Shown in pieces: positions 39,501-51,751 of a stretch of DNA of 64,000 bases (position 1 is its first letter; each line of letters begins with the position of its first letter). Both the position numbers and the translations under genes were made by a program. Under the pieces are notes generated by a model. The model saw only the letters and a program-made list of their open reading frames with translations. It ran no database searches and was not told the origin of the DNA. Source of the DNA: Macrostomum hystrix (Eukaryota; Animalia; Platyhelminthes). Location of the stretch: contig CATNEN010000007.1 of assembly GCA_950097015.1 (NCBI GenBank), positions 5,270,001-5,334,000 on the forward strand, written 5' to 3'.

Positions 39501-42500
39501 GAGCTGCCTCTCGAGCGCCTCTGTCAGAGTCCAGGTCTCCGCATTATAGAGCAGCAAGGTCTCAACGACCGCCTGGAAGAGCTGCGACCTGGCACTGTCC
39601 GTCAGCGCTCGAAAGCAGCACCGTGCGCACTGATCGAAAGGCGGCCCAGGCCTTGCCGCACCGTCTCGCCAAATCGTCGCTCATGCCCGGCACTAGTCCG
39701 CCGATGATAAACGAACTGGCGGCACCTCGGAAGCGGGGTCCGTGGCCGCTGTCGTCACGGAGCAGAATCTCGGCCGGCAGATTGTGCGGCACCGTCAGCA
39801 CCTCGGTCTTCTGCGCGTTCACGATGAGACCGACTCGCCGCCGCCTTTGTCAGGCCATCCAGCAGCCGTTGGGCGCCTTCGAACGTCGAAGACAGCAGCG
39901 CAATGTCGTCTGCGTGGCCGAGAGCGCAGAGCCTCTTCTCGGGGTGCCGCCGGCTCGTGCGCCGACTCAGCAAGAAGCCGTCGTCCGCTGATGGCAGGCC
40001 GGTCCGGAGCACCCAGTCCATCACCAGTACGAATAGAAAAGGCGCCAGCGTGTCCCCCTGCAGCACTCCCGAGGTCGTGCTGAACAGGTCCGACAAGCCG
40101 TCTGGCGTCACTACCGCAACGATGATGTCCACGTACAGCGCCATAATGGGGGTAATCAGCTGCTGCGGCACATTGTAGGTCCAGAGCACCAGGGGCAGCG
40201 CGTCACGTACCACCGAGTCGAAAGCCCGGCATAAGTCCACGAAAAGAGCAACCAGGATTAACTGGTGGATGCGCGCTTCTTCGATGATGCGGTGGAGGGC
40301 CAGGATTTGCGTCACTGTGCCGCGGTGGGGCCGGAACCCGTTCTGTTCGTGTGGAGCCCGGCTTCTTCGGTATTCCAACGATGTGGGCAAAAGTCCACTC
40401 GTGAGGCGCAAAACCTCCTGCCAAGACGAATCGATTTCTATTACAGACTATTAGCATATTTATGTTTTTAAATTCCGTTCCAAACTTATTTACTAATTAT
40501 TGACATTCAGACATTCTACTCGATGATTACCAAGGATTACTGCTGCGACAATAACTCATAAAAAGATTCAAAGCAATATTGAAATAAAATGCATTCCAGG
40601 TGTGGAGAACCCGGACTCCGGAGTGGGAGTGTACGCCCCTGACGCCGAGGCCTACACGGTGTTTGCGGACCTGTTCGACCCGATCATCGGGGAGTACCAC
40701 GGAGGCTTCAAGAAGACTGACAAGCACCCGCCGTGCACTCTGGGCGACGCCAGCCAGTTCGGCGACGTGGACCCGGAGGGAAAGTACGTGGTGTCGACTC
40801 GCATCCGCTGCGGCAGGTCGGTCAAGCAGTTCCCGTTCAACCCGAACATGACCGAGGAGCATTACAGGCAGCTGGAGGAGCTGGTGTCGGGCACGCTGAA
40901 GGACCTGACTGGCGAGCTGAAGGGCACCTACTACCCGCTGACCGGCATGACGAAGGAGGTGCAGCAGCAGCTGATTGACGACCACTTTTTGTTCAAGGAG
41001 GGCGACCGGTTCCTGCAGAAGGCGAACGCGTGCCGCTTCTGGCCGACCGGACGAGGCATCTACCACAACGACAGCAAGACGTTCCTGGTGTGGGTGGGCG
41101 AGGAGGACCACATGCGCATCATCTCGATGCAGAAGGGCGGCTGCATCAGGGAGGTGTACGGCCGGCTGGTGCACGCGGTGAACGAGATCGAGAAGCGCAT
41201 GGAGTTCAGCCACGACGACCGTCTCGGCTTCCTCACCTTCTGTCCGTCGAACCTCGGCACCACGATCCGCGCCTCCGTGCACATCAAGCTGCCCAAGCTG
41301 GCCGCCGGAGGTCAGGACGCTCTGCAGCGAGTGGCCGACCGCTTCCAGCTGCAGGTGCGCGGCTCGGCCGGCGAGCACTCCGAGGCCGTCGGCGGTCTCT
41401 ACGACATCTCGAACAAGGAGCGCATGGGCCTCACCGAGTTCGACGCAGTCAACAAGATGAACCACGGCATCGCCGAGCTCATCCGCATGGAGAAGGAGCT
41501 CGAGCAGGGCGTCGACTCCGCGGTGGTCAGCTACGTCGAGGCCGGCTTCCACAAGCTGCAGAGCGACGACTCGTGCCACTCGCTGCTGAAGAAGCACCTC
41601 ACCCAGGAGGTACTGGACAAGCTGAAGAACCTGAGCACCCCGTCGTTCGGCTCTACCCTGAAGGACGTCATCCAGTCAGGTGAGTTGATTTCTTTTCTAA
41701 TTTACAAGCTGTCAAGAATAAATCTATTTTTTTTCCTCATGAGTTACTAATTTATTTTTGGTTCTTGAAGTTGACATTAGTATATTTTCTTTGGGAATGA
41801 TTTTTAGTGTGATTCAATTTACTTCTGCTGTTAAAATGTGATGTTGACGGGCTTATAGGCAAATTACCGCTGCTCCCCTGCACGGCAACGCTGATGTTAT
41901 TATCTATTTTTTGTTTACAAGCAGGACGCGTTTTGGAATGAGAAAGAATAACTTAATTCGACGGTCAGTAGAGCTTAAATAACATGGCTAATCACATTAC
42001 AAAATATTCACTGCACTCTTGCTTGGTGTTTAAAGAAAATTTGGGATGACCATGTTGAGGATGCTTGCCACAGAAGTCCTGAAATAAGACGGTAGACTGT
42101 GCTTTCTGGTGTCTGGCAGAGCATGCACGAAGATGAAAGACTAAATGCCCAGGCTTAGGTACTGAATAATCACGAGGATTATGGACTGAAGGAACAGGAG
42201 GATTATGGACTGAAGGAACAGGAGGATAATGTACTGAATGAACAGGAGGATAATGTACTGAATGAACAGGAGGATAATGGACTGAAGGAACAGGAGGATA
42301 TTGGACTGAATGAACAGGAGGATAATGGACTGAATGAACAGGAGGATAATGTACTGAATGAACAGGAGGATAATGGACTGAATGAACAGGAGGATAATGT
42401 ACTGAATGAACAGGAGGATAATGTACTGAATGAACAGGAGGATAATGGACTGAATGAACAGGAGGATAATGTACTGAATGAACAGGAGGATAATGGACTG

Positions 42501-43847
42501 AATGAACAGGAGGATAATGTACTGAATGAACAGGAGGATTATGGACTGAATGAACAGGAGGATAATGTACTGAATGAACAGGAGGATAATGTACTGAATG
42601 AACAGGAGGATAATGTACTGAATGAACAGGAGGATAATGGACTGAATGAACAGGAGGATAATGTAATGAATGAACAGGAGGATTATGGACTGAATGAACA
42701 GGAGGATTATGGACTGAATGAACAGGAGGATAATGGACTATATGAACAGGAGGATTATGGACTGAATGAACAGGAGGAAAATGGACTAAATGAACAGGAG
42801 GAAAATGGACTGAATGAACAAGAGAGTTATGTGGGGCAGATGGCAGAGGGCAGATGACGCATATCTTTTTTGATCAGTAATTTTTTTCTATTATTGTCTC
42901 ATGGCTATGCACTTACACAAACTCCCTCCCATATTCCAGGCGTGGAGAACCCGGACTCCGGAGTGGGAGTGTACGCCCCTGACGCCGAGGCCTACACGGT
43001 GTTTGCGGACCTGTTCGACCCGATCATCGAGGAGTACCACGGAGGCTTCAAGAAGACGGACAAGCACCCGCCGTGCACTCTGGGCGACGCCAGCCAGTTC
43101 GGCGACGTGGACCCGGAGGGAAAGTACGTGGTGTCGACTCGCATCCGCTGCGGCAGGTCGGTCAAGCAGTTCCCGTTCAACCCGAACATGACCGAGGAGC
43201 ACTACAGGCAGCTGGAGGAGCTGGTGTCGGGCACGCTGAAGGACCTGACTGGCGAGCTGAAGGGCACCTACTACCCGCTGACCGGCATGACGAAGGAGGT
43301 GCAGCAGCAGCTGATTGACGACCACTTTTTGTTCAAGGAGGGCGACCGGTTCCTGCAGAAGGCGAACGCGTGCCGCTTCTGGCCGACCGGACGAGGCATC
43401 TACCACAACGACAGCAAGACGTTCCTGGTGTGGGTGGGCGAGGAGGACCACATGCGCATCATCTCGATGCAGAAGGGCGGCTGCATCAGGGAGGTGTACG
43501 GCCGGCTGGTGCACGCGGTGAACGAGATCGAGAAGCGCATGGAGTTCAGCCACGACGACCGTCTCGGCTTCCTCACCTTCTGTCCGTCGAACCTCGGCAC
43601 CACGATCCGCGCCTCCGTGCACATCAAGCTGCCCAAGCTGGCCGCCGGAGGTCAGGACGCTCTGCAGCGAGTGGCCGACCGCTTCCAGCTGCAGGTGCGC
43701 GGCTCGGCCGGCGAGCACTCCGAGGCCGTCGGCGGTCTCTACGACATCTCGAACAAGGAGCGCATGGGCCTCACCGAGTTCGACGCCGTCAACAAGATGA
43801 ACCACGGCATCGCCGAGCTCATCCGCATGGAGAAGGAGCTCGAGTGA
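27591..43847 (+). CDS. Five-domain arginine (phosphagen) kinase, about 1812 aa; exons 27591-27607, 29663-29856, 29943-31022, 34082-35161, 37187-38266, 40600-41679, 42940-43847
   Basis: AK motifs [53 protein letters not shown]; all junctions GT-AG and frame-compatible (5439 nt total); only the last exon has a stop; the 17-nt first exon (AAACATG, GTAAGT donor) is the least certain part. Confidence 0.88.
31640..32700 (-). mobile_element. Decayed non-LTR retrotransposon fragment (Ingi/Vingi-like RT C-terminus) in AK intron; boundaries approximate
   Basis: Broken-frame motifs ILGVIFD, FHEH...[45 protein letters not shown]...LDLW. Confidence 0.6.
33732..34010 (+). mobile_element. Diverged copy of the tRNA-derived SINE
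   Basis: Colinear similarity to 218-550 (CGCACCAAGGTCC, CATTTGGGGCGCA, GTACACTGCCTGACGATGAGAAA, GCAGAATTGCC, CACCAAAT). Confidence 0.8.
39108..40409 (-). mobile_element. 5'-truncated, decayed RTE-like LINE in AK intron
   Basis: [47 protein letters not shown]; (TTA)n tail; possible degenerate TSD AAAAGCTCCTTC 39096-39107 / AAAACCTCCTGC 40410-40421. Confidence 0.82.
42170..42825. repeat. 24-bp minisatellite (ACTGAATGAACAGGAGGATAATGG)n in last AK intron
   Basis: Tandem periodicity. Confidence 0.95.
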
Positions 43848-44443
43848 AGCTCTGAACAATGTCATTTTCGCAAATTTACATTTTGAGTTCAAGACTCACT
43901 ACGTCCTGGGGGTTCTCTTTGTGTACTTCTGTTCGGAATATTTCACACGCCTGTAGCTGGAAAAGTTTTAGGAAATCCTTCCTGAGATTTGCATGCGCTG
44001 AGCTGCACCTTCAGATATTCTTTTGTTGTTCTCTGCCATATCTCTAAACATTTTGTTTACACCCTAGCTTTTGAAATTGGAGTTTCTTGAAAGATTTATT
44101 TGGATAGTTTAGCACTAATTTGGCTTCTTTTCAAATTCGAGCGCAAGTGGCACATTTTCGAGCTCCAAAGTCCACTGGGTCGATTAGACCTGTAGGCAGT
44201 TTTGAGGAGTAGATATAATATGAAACCGTGATATGAGCTCTCGTGCCGCTTGTGCCTGTGTTCATCTATCGATTGAAGAATTCTGCTTTTAAATATACCT
44301 TCCCCCACTCGCTTGGCGAAGCGGGGTGTCACCCAAACCTGACCCGCTTTTTCTCTTCTGTTTTGCTTCCCGTACCGTTCAGTGTGCGCGTTTTTGTTGC
44401 AACCAAAATTTAGCTTGTTTCTGTAGTTCTTAGTAGAAACCCC

Positions 44444-44449
44444 AATAAA
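44444..44449 (+). terminator. Candidate polyadenylation signal for the AK gene
   Basis: AATAAA (overlapping AATAAAATAAA) about 600 nt after the stop. Confidence 0.4.
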
Positions 44450-46850
44450 ATAAATCCGAGTTTTGCCGCTGCATCGATTTGTTCCCCAGCCTAGCCTTTG
44501 CCGGTTTCATAGATTATCAAATAAATTTTGCTGTCCCAAGGTGGATTTTATTCAGACTTTTCATTTTTTCGCGTGACATTTCCGGTTTGAGTAAGCCAGC
44601 AGTTGCAAGTGGTCCGAGTTATTGTGCACGCGTTTACTAAGCGTAACTTATTCTAGCTAGATTGTGTTTTGTGGTCGTTCTGCCGACTAGCTTGATCATT
44701 CACATGAGTTTGGAAGAAACGTACACTCGTAGACTTTATTAATGGGGCATGCCCCGTGATGAGCCGAAAACAGTTCTTTAATATTCATGGATACATTTTT
44801 AAGGATGATTTTGGCTTTTAGCGTCTATACGTTTAGGCTTCTTCTAAAATACGAGACTTTAAGTAATTGGTCTTAAGTATTGGTTACGTGTTGTCATTGA
44901 AAGTGGCGTAGCCATGATTCTTATCCTCTGGCGGTTCAACAGTCAACTCGCTATCAGCTGGCCATATACGGCACGGCATACGACATTTGTATGATTATAC
45001 TCATATGTATGAGTATAAGTACGAGTATAAGTAAAGTAACATCTCAGGTGATGAGTCATGGATTGATAATTGATTATAACTTAATCAGACTCTGCCATTT
45101 GGGCTAGGCCCGTTTAAAAACTCATTGACACCGAAATCTCTAGCCAGTTGGAATTGGTTCTGCATTCTGCAATCAGTTCTTTATTTCATACGTTTACAAA
45201 AGAAAATATACATGTAAAGCCTGAAAGGGATACAATTGCCTTTCTTATAATGCAACTTGGTTTATTTTTTAGCTAGTACAAAGCATCACAAATGAATCTA
45301 AAAGATCTTCAAATCTTCGTATTCAAATCAGAGTCTGATCTCTCAACCCTTAAATGACAATTTCGAGAAGCACGCCGAGGGTTCGATTAGGGAAATTTTT
45401 GAAGCGAGCTTTTAAAACTGGTTCATAATAATCAAAATCTATCGAAAATTTGCACGTGCTTCACATATGTTATATAAAAAGATAAAAACTCTGCATTAAT
45501 CGAATTATCAATTCATAACAAATGCGATCGTTGTTTTTTTTAATTTAACGTGCTAGTAACTTCGACTATCGCGCTAATTTGACATAGTTGTATTCGTGTA
45601 AAGTTTACACTTTGCTTTTAAATTCCAACCTCCTTCAGCATACACTGTGATTAGTTAAACTAAACTAAACTAATACTGAATCACAGTAAAAAAGAAACTG
45701 GTATAACGGTCATTTTAAAGACTTGCTTCTTATTTGTTGATTTTGAATCGTGAAATAAAAGTAGTTAATTATTATATTAGATGCATAGTAATATTATATT
45801 TTATATAAATGCTCAATTATATTGTACTTATTTTTCACTATTATTATACGATATATATTTGCAAAAATATTATGTATATTTTTATACCTTCATTTTGTCT
45901 AGCTAAAACCTACATTTGTAATTTTTAGAGTGTGTACATGCAGCTGTCTAAATAGTATTGTTTATTTTTTATACATATATATAGTCATATTTAAATCTAT
46001 CTATATTATAAATAACTTATAAGGACACCATTATATATATACATATGTGGATTTTTAACTGAAAAATTTCATTTTATGCTTTGTAAGTCGATAGCTAGTA
46101 GATGCAAGCCATGTTTGCAAGCTCTGAGTCTGAGCATATAATTGGACCAACATTTCTTGGGTAAATTTAGTTAATTAAGTATTATTAAGTCATTATTTTA
46201 ATATTCTAATAAATAAATATAATTCATTAAATTATGTTTAATAGCTATTAAAATTGTATTTTACTATCTTATAATACTGTGAGTGAAAGGATGAATAAGT
46301 GTTTATCTGTATAGATATACAAATAGTTTAAATATGGCTAGAATATTACTTGCTCAATAATAATGTTTTTATCCCAAATCAAAGCACTAGATGTTTTGTC
46401 CATCCATGCTAGCTATATTGCTGGCTACCTAGATTTCTATCTCACCTACTAACTAATAGCTAGCTCAGAAATATTTTTAACATTTGAGATAATTAAAAGC
46501 TTCTATAAACCTCAAATAGACTTTGTCACAGAGGTTTACTAATGCAATGGTGCTCCATACTCTATGACTAGGAGGATAATTAGGATGTCTGTCTTTGTTG
46601 GAAGATTTTTAAATTGCTTAAATGTCCATAACACATTAGTATTCCTATAAATATGTTTATGCTAAATATATATTCCATGAGAATTCATAAAAGAAAAGCC
46701 AGGTTCAATCTTGGCTGTAAGACACATTTAGGGCATGTTAAATTACTTTTCAGTTAGACTTGACTCTTGAACTTTATTATTCTCAGTCTTCAGGCACAGA
46801 TCCCTGCCATTGCCAGTGAACACACAGAATCATTGTCACCAAGGCTAGCA

Positions 46851-49800
46851 ATGTCCAGCATGTCCTTGATTAGTCGCATTCTAAAGCCTGGCGAAACAGG
46901 AGACTCATCTAAAATCGACTCAATGCCGAAGACAGCTCAAAAGCAGCAGCCCCAGCGACAACAGCAAGCTACTTCTAAGGTACTTAAAAAAGGATGTTGT
47001 GATTATCAATTGTCACCAAATGTTGTGCCAGTGCTCGAGCCCTCCTGCAATTGTTATTATATCCGGTAAAGTAACTCAACCCTTACACACAGAAACAACA
47101 GCAGCAGCAGCGCCAGTCACAGCAGTCGTCTCAGCGACTTCCCAGCGACGCCACGGACCCTCCAGACGCGTTGAAGATTGTCATCCGCGGCGACAGCAGC
47201 GTCGGCAAGTCCTGCCTGCTGGCTCGCCTGCAGGGCGGTCCCTTCATGGAGGAGTACACGCCGACTGAACGGCCGCGCTCCGCCATCGTCAACTGGAAAT
47301 GCGGCGCCAGGTCGGCCGCGCTACTGGTCTGGGATGCGGTGGACGCCGGCCGCAAACGGCAGGCTCGGTCAGGACTCAAGCTGGCAAACGACTGCGACAA
47401 CCGGAGCCCCGCCAGTGAGTCTTCGGAGGCGGTTGGCCGGATTAAAGGAGTGGATCAAGTAGACAGAGTGGGACTCGCAAGAGCTCGCGAAACAGACGGG
47501 AGGGGCAGGCGCCAATGGTACTTGGTCGCCGTGGCCGTGACTTCATAGGCAGTGGCTCAGCAGCATCTACCGGCGCAGGCGACGCTCAGGTCTGGAACAC
47601 CGGCTCGAGCTATCAGGTCTCTTGATGGCAACCTCTCAGGGTAATGCAAGTCCAGCAGCGTACAGGTCTCGCACTGTGTGTCAGCACCGCTTCCTTGCCT
47701 TATAAGAGGATCGGCTCAACGGCCGCACAGAAGACGCTGAAGGCGTTGAAGGCGCTCCTCGCAGCTGAGTTGAAGGCGCTCCTCGCAGCTGAGTTGAAGA
47801 CGCTCCTCGCAGCTGAGTTGAAGACACTCCTCGCAGCTGAGTTGAAGACGCTCCTCGCAGCTGAGTTGAAGACGCTCCTCGCAGCTGAGTTGAAGGCGCT
47901 CCTCGCAGCTGAGTTGAAGGCGCTCCTCGCAGCTGAGTTGAAGGCGCTCCTCGCAGCTGAGTTGAAGACGCTCCTCGCAGCTGAGTTGAAGACGCTCCTC
48001 GCAGCTGAGTTGAAGGCGCTCCTCGCAGCTGAGTTGAAGGCGCTCCTCGCAGCTGAGTTGAAGACGCTCCTCGCAGCTGAGTTGAAGACGCTCCTCGCAG
48101 CTGAGTTGAAGGCGCTCCTCGCAGCTGAGTTGAAGACGCTCCTCGCAGCGGAGTTGAAGACGCTCCTCGCAGCTGAGTTGAAGGCGCTCCTCGCAGCTGA
48201 GTTGAAGGCGCTCCTCGCAGCTGAGTTGAAGACGCTCCTCGCAGCGGAGTTGAAGACGCTCCTCGCAGCTGAGTTGAAGGCGCTCCTCGCAGCTGAGTTG
48301 AAGGCGCTCCTCGCAGCTGAGTTGAAGGCGCTCCTCGCAGCTGAGTTGAAGACGCTCCTCGCAGCTGAGTTGAAGACGCTCCTCGCAGCTGAGTTGAAGA
48401 CGCTCCTCGCAGCTGAGTTGAAGACACTCCTCTCAGCTGAGTTGAAGACGCTCCTCGCAGCTGAGTTGAAGACGCTCCTCGCAGCTGAGTTGAAGACGCT
48501 CCTCGCAGCTGAGTTGAAGACACTCCTCGCAGCTGAGTTGAAGGCGCTCCTCGCAGCTGAGTTGAAGGCGCTCCTCGCAGCTGAGTTGAAGGCGCTCCTC
48601 GCAGCTGAGTTGAAGACACTCCTCGCAGCTGAGTTGAAGGCGCTCCTCGCAGCTGATCACTAACCCCAACCCGGCACCCTCCTCACTGAACCGGGAATGA
48701 GCGCGTTGGGCAGTGGATGAAGTAGCTCGGATCTAAGTGGCTGGCTGGATGCAGAGCGGAAATAAATTCGGGTTTAAGGCGTCGAAATTGGGAAAAATTA
48801 AAGGACAACTAGCCCATGTCAAAAATACCGGAGCGAATTCATTAACAGGTATTTAGTAGCGGATGTAATCCTAAATATTTGAGCAGATTTAGTGCCGGAA
48901 TTGAGTTGCGTGTCGAATTTGGATTTCTGTAAGTACGGCGTACGGCGCAGTCACAGAAGTATTTAGCTCCATCGATCCACTTGCAGTCGGCGTCGGGGCT
49001 GACTTGGACGCTTCGACATCGGCCTCGGCCGCAGCCGCCTACTCCAACTGCCACGGGGCTGTGCTCATGCTGGACATGACCAAGTCCTGGACTCTGGCCT
49101 ATGTGGAGCGTGAACTGGCCAGGGCTCCCCCGGACCTCCCCCTGCTGGTACTGGCGAACCACCGGGACATGGGGCACCACCGCACCGTGACCGCCGACCA
49201 AGTCCGCATGACCATCCGGGACAGCGGCCGCCGGCTGGAGATCACGCGCTACGCCGAGTCGTCTATGCGCAACGGCTACGGACTGAAATATGTGCACCGG
49301 TTCCTTTGCCTGCCCTTTCTCTGTGCCCAACGGCTGCGGTTATTGCATCGGCTGAGCGCTAATGCCGACGATACAGCAACGGCTGTGCTGGAGCTGCAGT
49401 TAGAGGAGGAGGAGAGCCGACTTACGTCGGAGGGGTGGGTTTTGGCGATTTTTTTCTTCGTTCATAGGAAATTTAGGTAATAGTGGGCAATTTAGCCTAC
49501 TGATAGTAGCACAGAAGAAAATGTTATATTTCATTTTTTTTCTAAATCATAAAGTAAAAATCACTTTTGGCTTTAGAATAGGAAAAATTATAATTTTCTC
49601 TACTGAGAAATAAAGTTAACCATACATTTTTTACAACTGCCTGTTTGAAGAAGAAGTAGGGCAACTCTAAAATTTCCGGCTAAAATTGAAAAAATGGCAA
49701 TCTGATACATTTACTTTTCTGCTTTGATTTGCCTTTGGTACACATCTCAATCGCATCGCATTAAAATGAAAGGACAAATAACAGTACCTGAGAACAGCAG

Positions 49801-51717
49801 TAAGTAAACGTAAAGAAAACGTAAAGAAAAAATTGTCAAACCTGACGTAGACATACTTTAATTAACCGATATGTAGCGTAAAATGTGTTTTGTAGCTTAG
49901 TTTATATACAGTTTCCAAAGCTTAGATTAATCATTGAAGGTTTTCAGATTTCAAAGAATCGTTTAGGTCGATTAAAAAAAATTTGCTGCTATCTCTATAT
50001 TGGAGTTATATAAAAAGTCAAGAATTAAAACTATTAAAAAGTTGTTGTCAGAAGTGGGATTCGAACCCACGCCCTCAGAAGAGGACTGCGACCTGAACGC
50101 AGCGCCTTAGACCGCTCGGCCATCCTGACATGCCACTTTAACACATTTGAACCGTATTTTATAGAGGTCCATGGTCCTATGGACCAATAAAAGACAATTA
50201 TACAAATATGTATTACATGTGTCCTATCCTAACTAATTTTTTTTATATTCATGGTGAACGCAATTGAGGTGCTTATATTTTATGCTTATTTTAAACACCG
50301 AAAAATCATCAACGAACTTGACAAGGACATTGTAAGAAATTAGAATGCTAAGTATAGAAGCTTTTTATTATCCATCCATCTATCTTGAGTCTTTTTTAAT
50401 CCCCTAATACGATTTTAACTCCAAACTACAGTCAGTCGACGCGAAGCCAGACGCCAAACTCCGAAGCCGCTTCAAAGCCGTCGACTTCGGCGACATCGCC
50501 ACGTCAGACGACGGTGTCTCCCCCAGCCGCTGCGCCGATTGGTCGCCTCTCGGCTCCGCCTGCTCGCCTCATTCCGGGCGCTGAGCAGTACCTGATGGAG
50601 CTGCGTCGAGCCCAGCTTCCGCAGCATCAGCCATCGACCGCTGCGCAGCCTGACTCGCCGACACCGCCGCCGCAGAGTCGACCGGAGCCGGCCGGCTCAG
50701 ACAATGTCGGCGACGATTTAAACGACGGCGAAGTCGACGTCGCCGTAGACGCCGTCGCCGTCGCTGCCGACGAAGCTGACGCTGCAGACTCCGACAGCAA
50801 CCACGTCGACGATAAAGCCGCGCCGGCAGTCGCCGTTGTTTCCACTCGCTTTGACGATGTTGATTCTGCAGACGAGGCTTCGTCGAAGGCGTTGCCGGCA
50901 GCAGCTGATGATGATGCTGCTGATTTTGTCAATGAGCCGTCGGCTGCTGAAGAGTCATCCATAGCTGCTAAACCAACCGTTGCACCTGTAGAAGTTGACT
51001 GGGGTCCACTGCTAGCTAAGTAAGCTATTTGCCGTCCTAGCAACTAAAGGGTGTCTAATCCAGGTGTTCTAATCTGTCATAATCCCAACCCAGGTGTTCT
51101 AATCTGTCATAATCCCAACCCAGGTGTTCTAATCTGTCATAATCCCAACCCAGGTGTTCTAATCTGTCATAATCCCAACCCAGGTGTTCTAATCTGTCAT
51201 AATCCCAACCCAGGTGTTCTAATCTGTTATAATCCCAACCCAGGTGTTCTAATCTGTCATAATCCCAACCCAGGTGTTCTAATCTGTTATAATCCCAACC
51301 CAGGTGTTCTAATCTGTCATAATCCCAACCCAGGTGTTCTAATCTGTTATAATCCCAACCCAGGTGTTCTAATCTGTCATAATCCCAATCCTGGTGTTCT
51401 AATCTGTCATAATCCCAACCCAGGTGTTATCTGTAATAACCCAATCCAGGTGTTCTAATCTGTCATAATCCCAATCCTGGTGTTCTAATCTGTCATAATC
51501 CCAACCCAGGTGTTATCTGTAATAACCCAATCCAGGTGTTCTAATCTGTCATAATCCCAATCCTGGTGTTCTTATCTGTAATAACCCAATCCAGGTGTTC
51601 TAATCTGTCATAATCCCAACCCTGGTGTTCTAATAGCTTTTCCCGTGCACCTTCACTGACAATCTTTCAGGTACGAAGAGGGGCCCAAATTGCCACCTCC
51701 GAGGCAAGAGACCGAGT

Positions 51718-51751
<34 letters not shown>

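Noticed and set aside
29906-43847. Five separate tandem AK genes
   Set aside because: Copies start at splice acceptors, lack their own ATG and N-terminus, and four run into the next domain's N-terminus and a splice donor
29708-43892. Long antisense and alternate-frame ORFs over every AK exon (e.g. 29708-30940 -, 30373-31026 +)
   Set aside because: Shadow ORFs caused by extreme GC3 bias; they follow the exon boundaries and show no recognisable motifs
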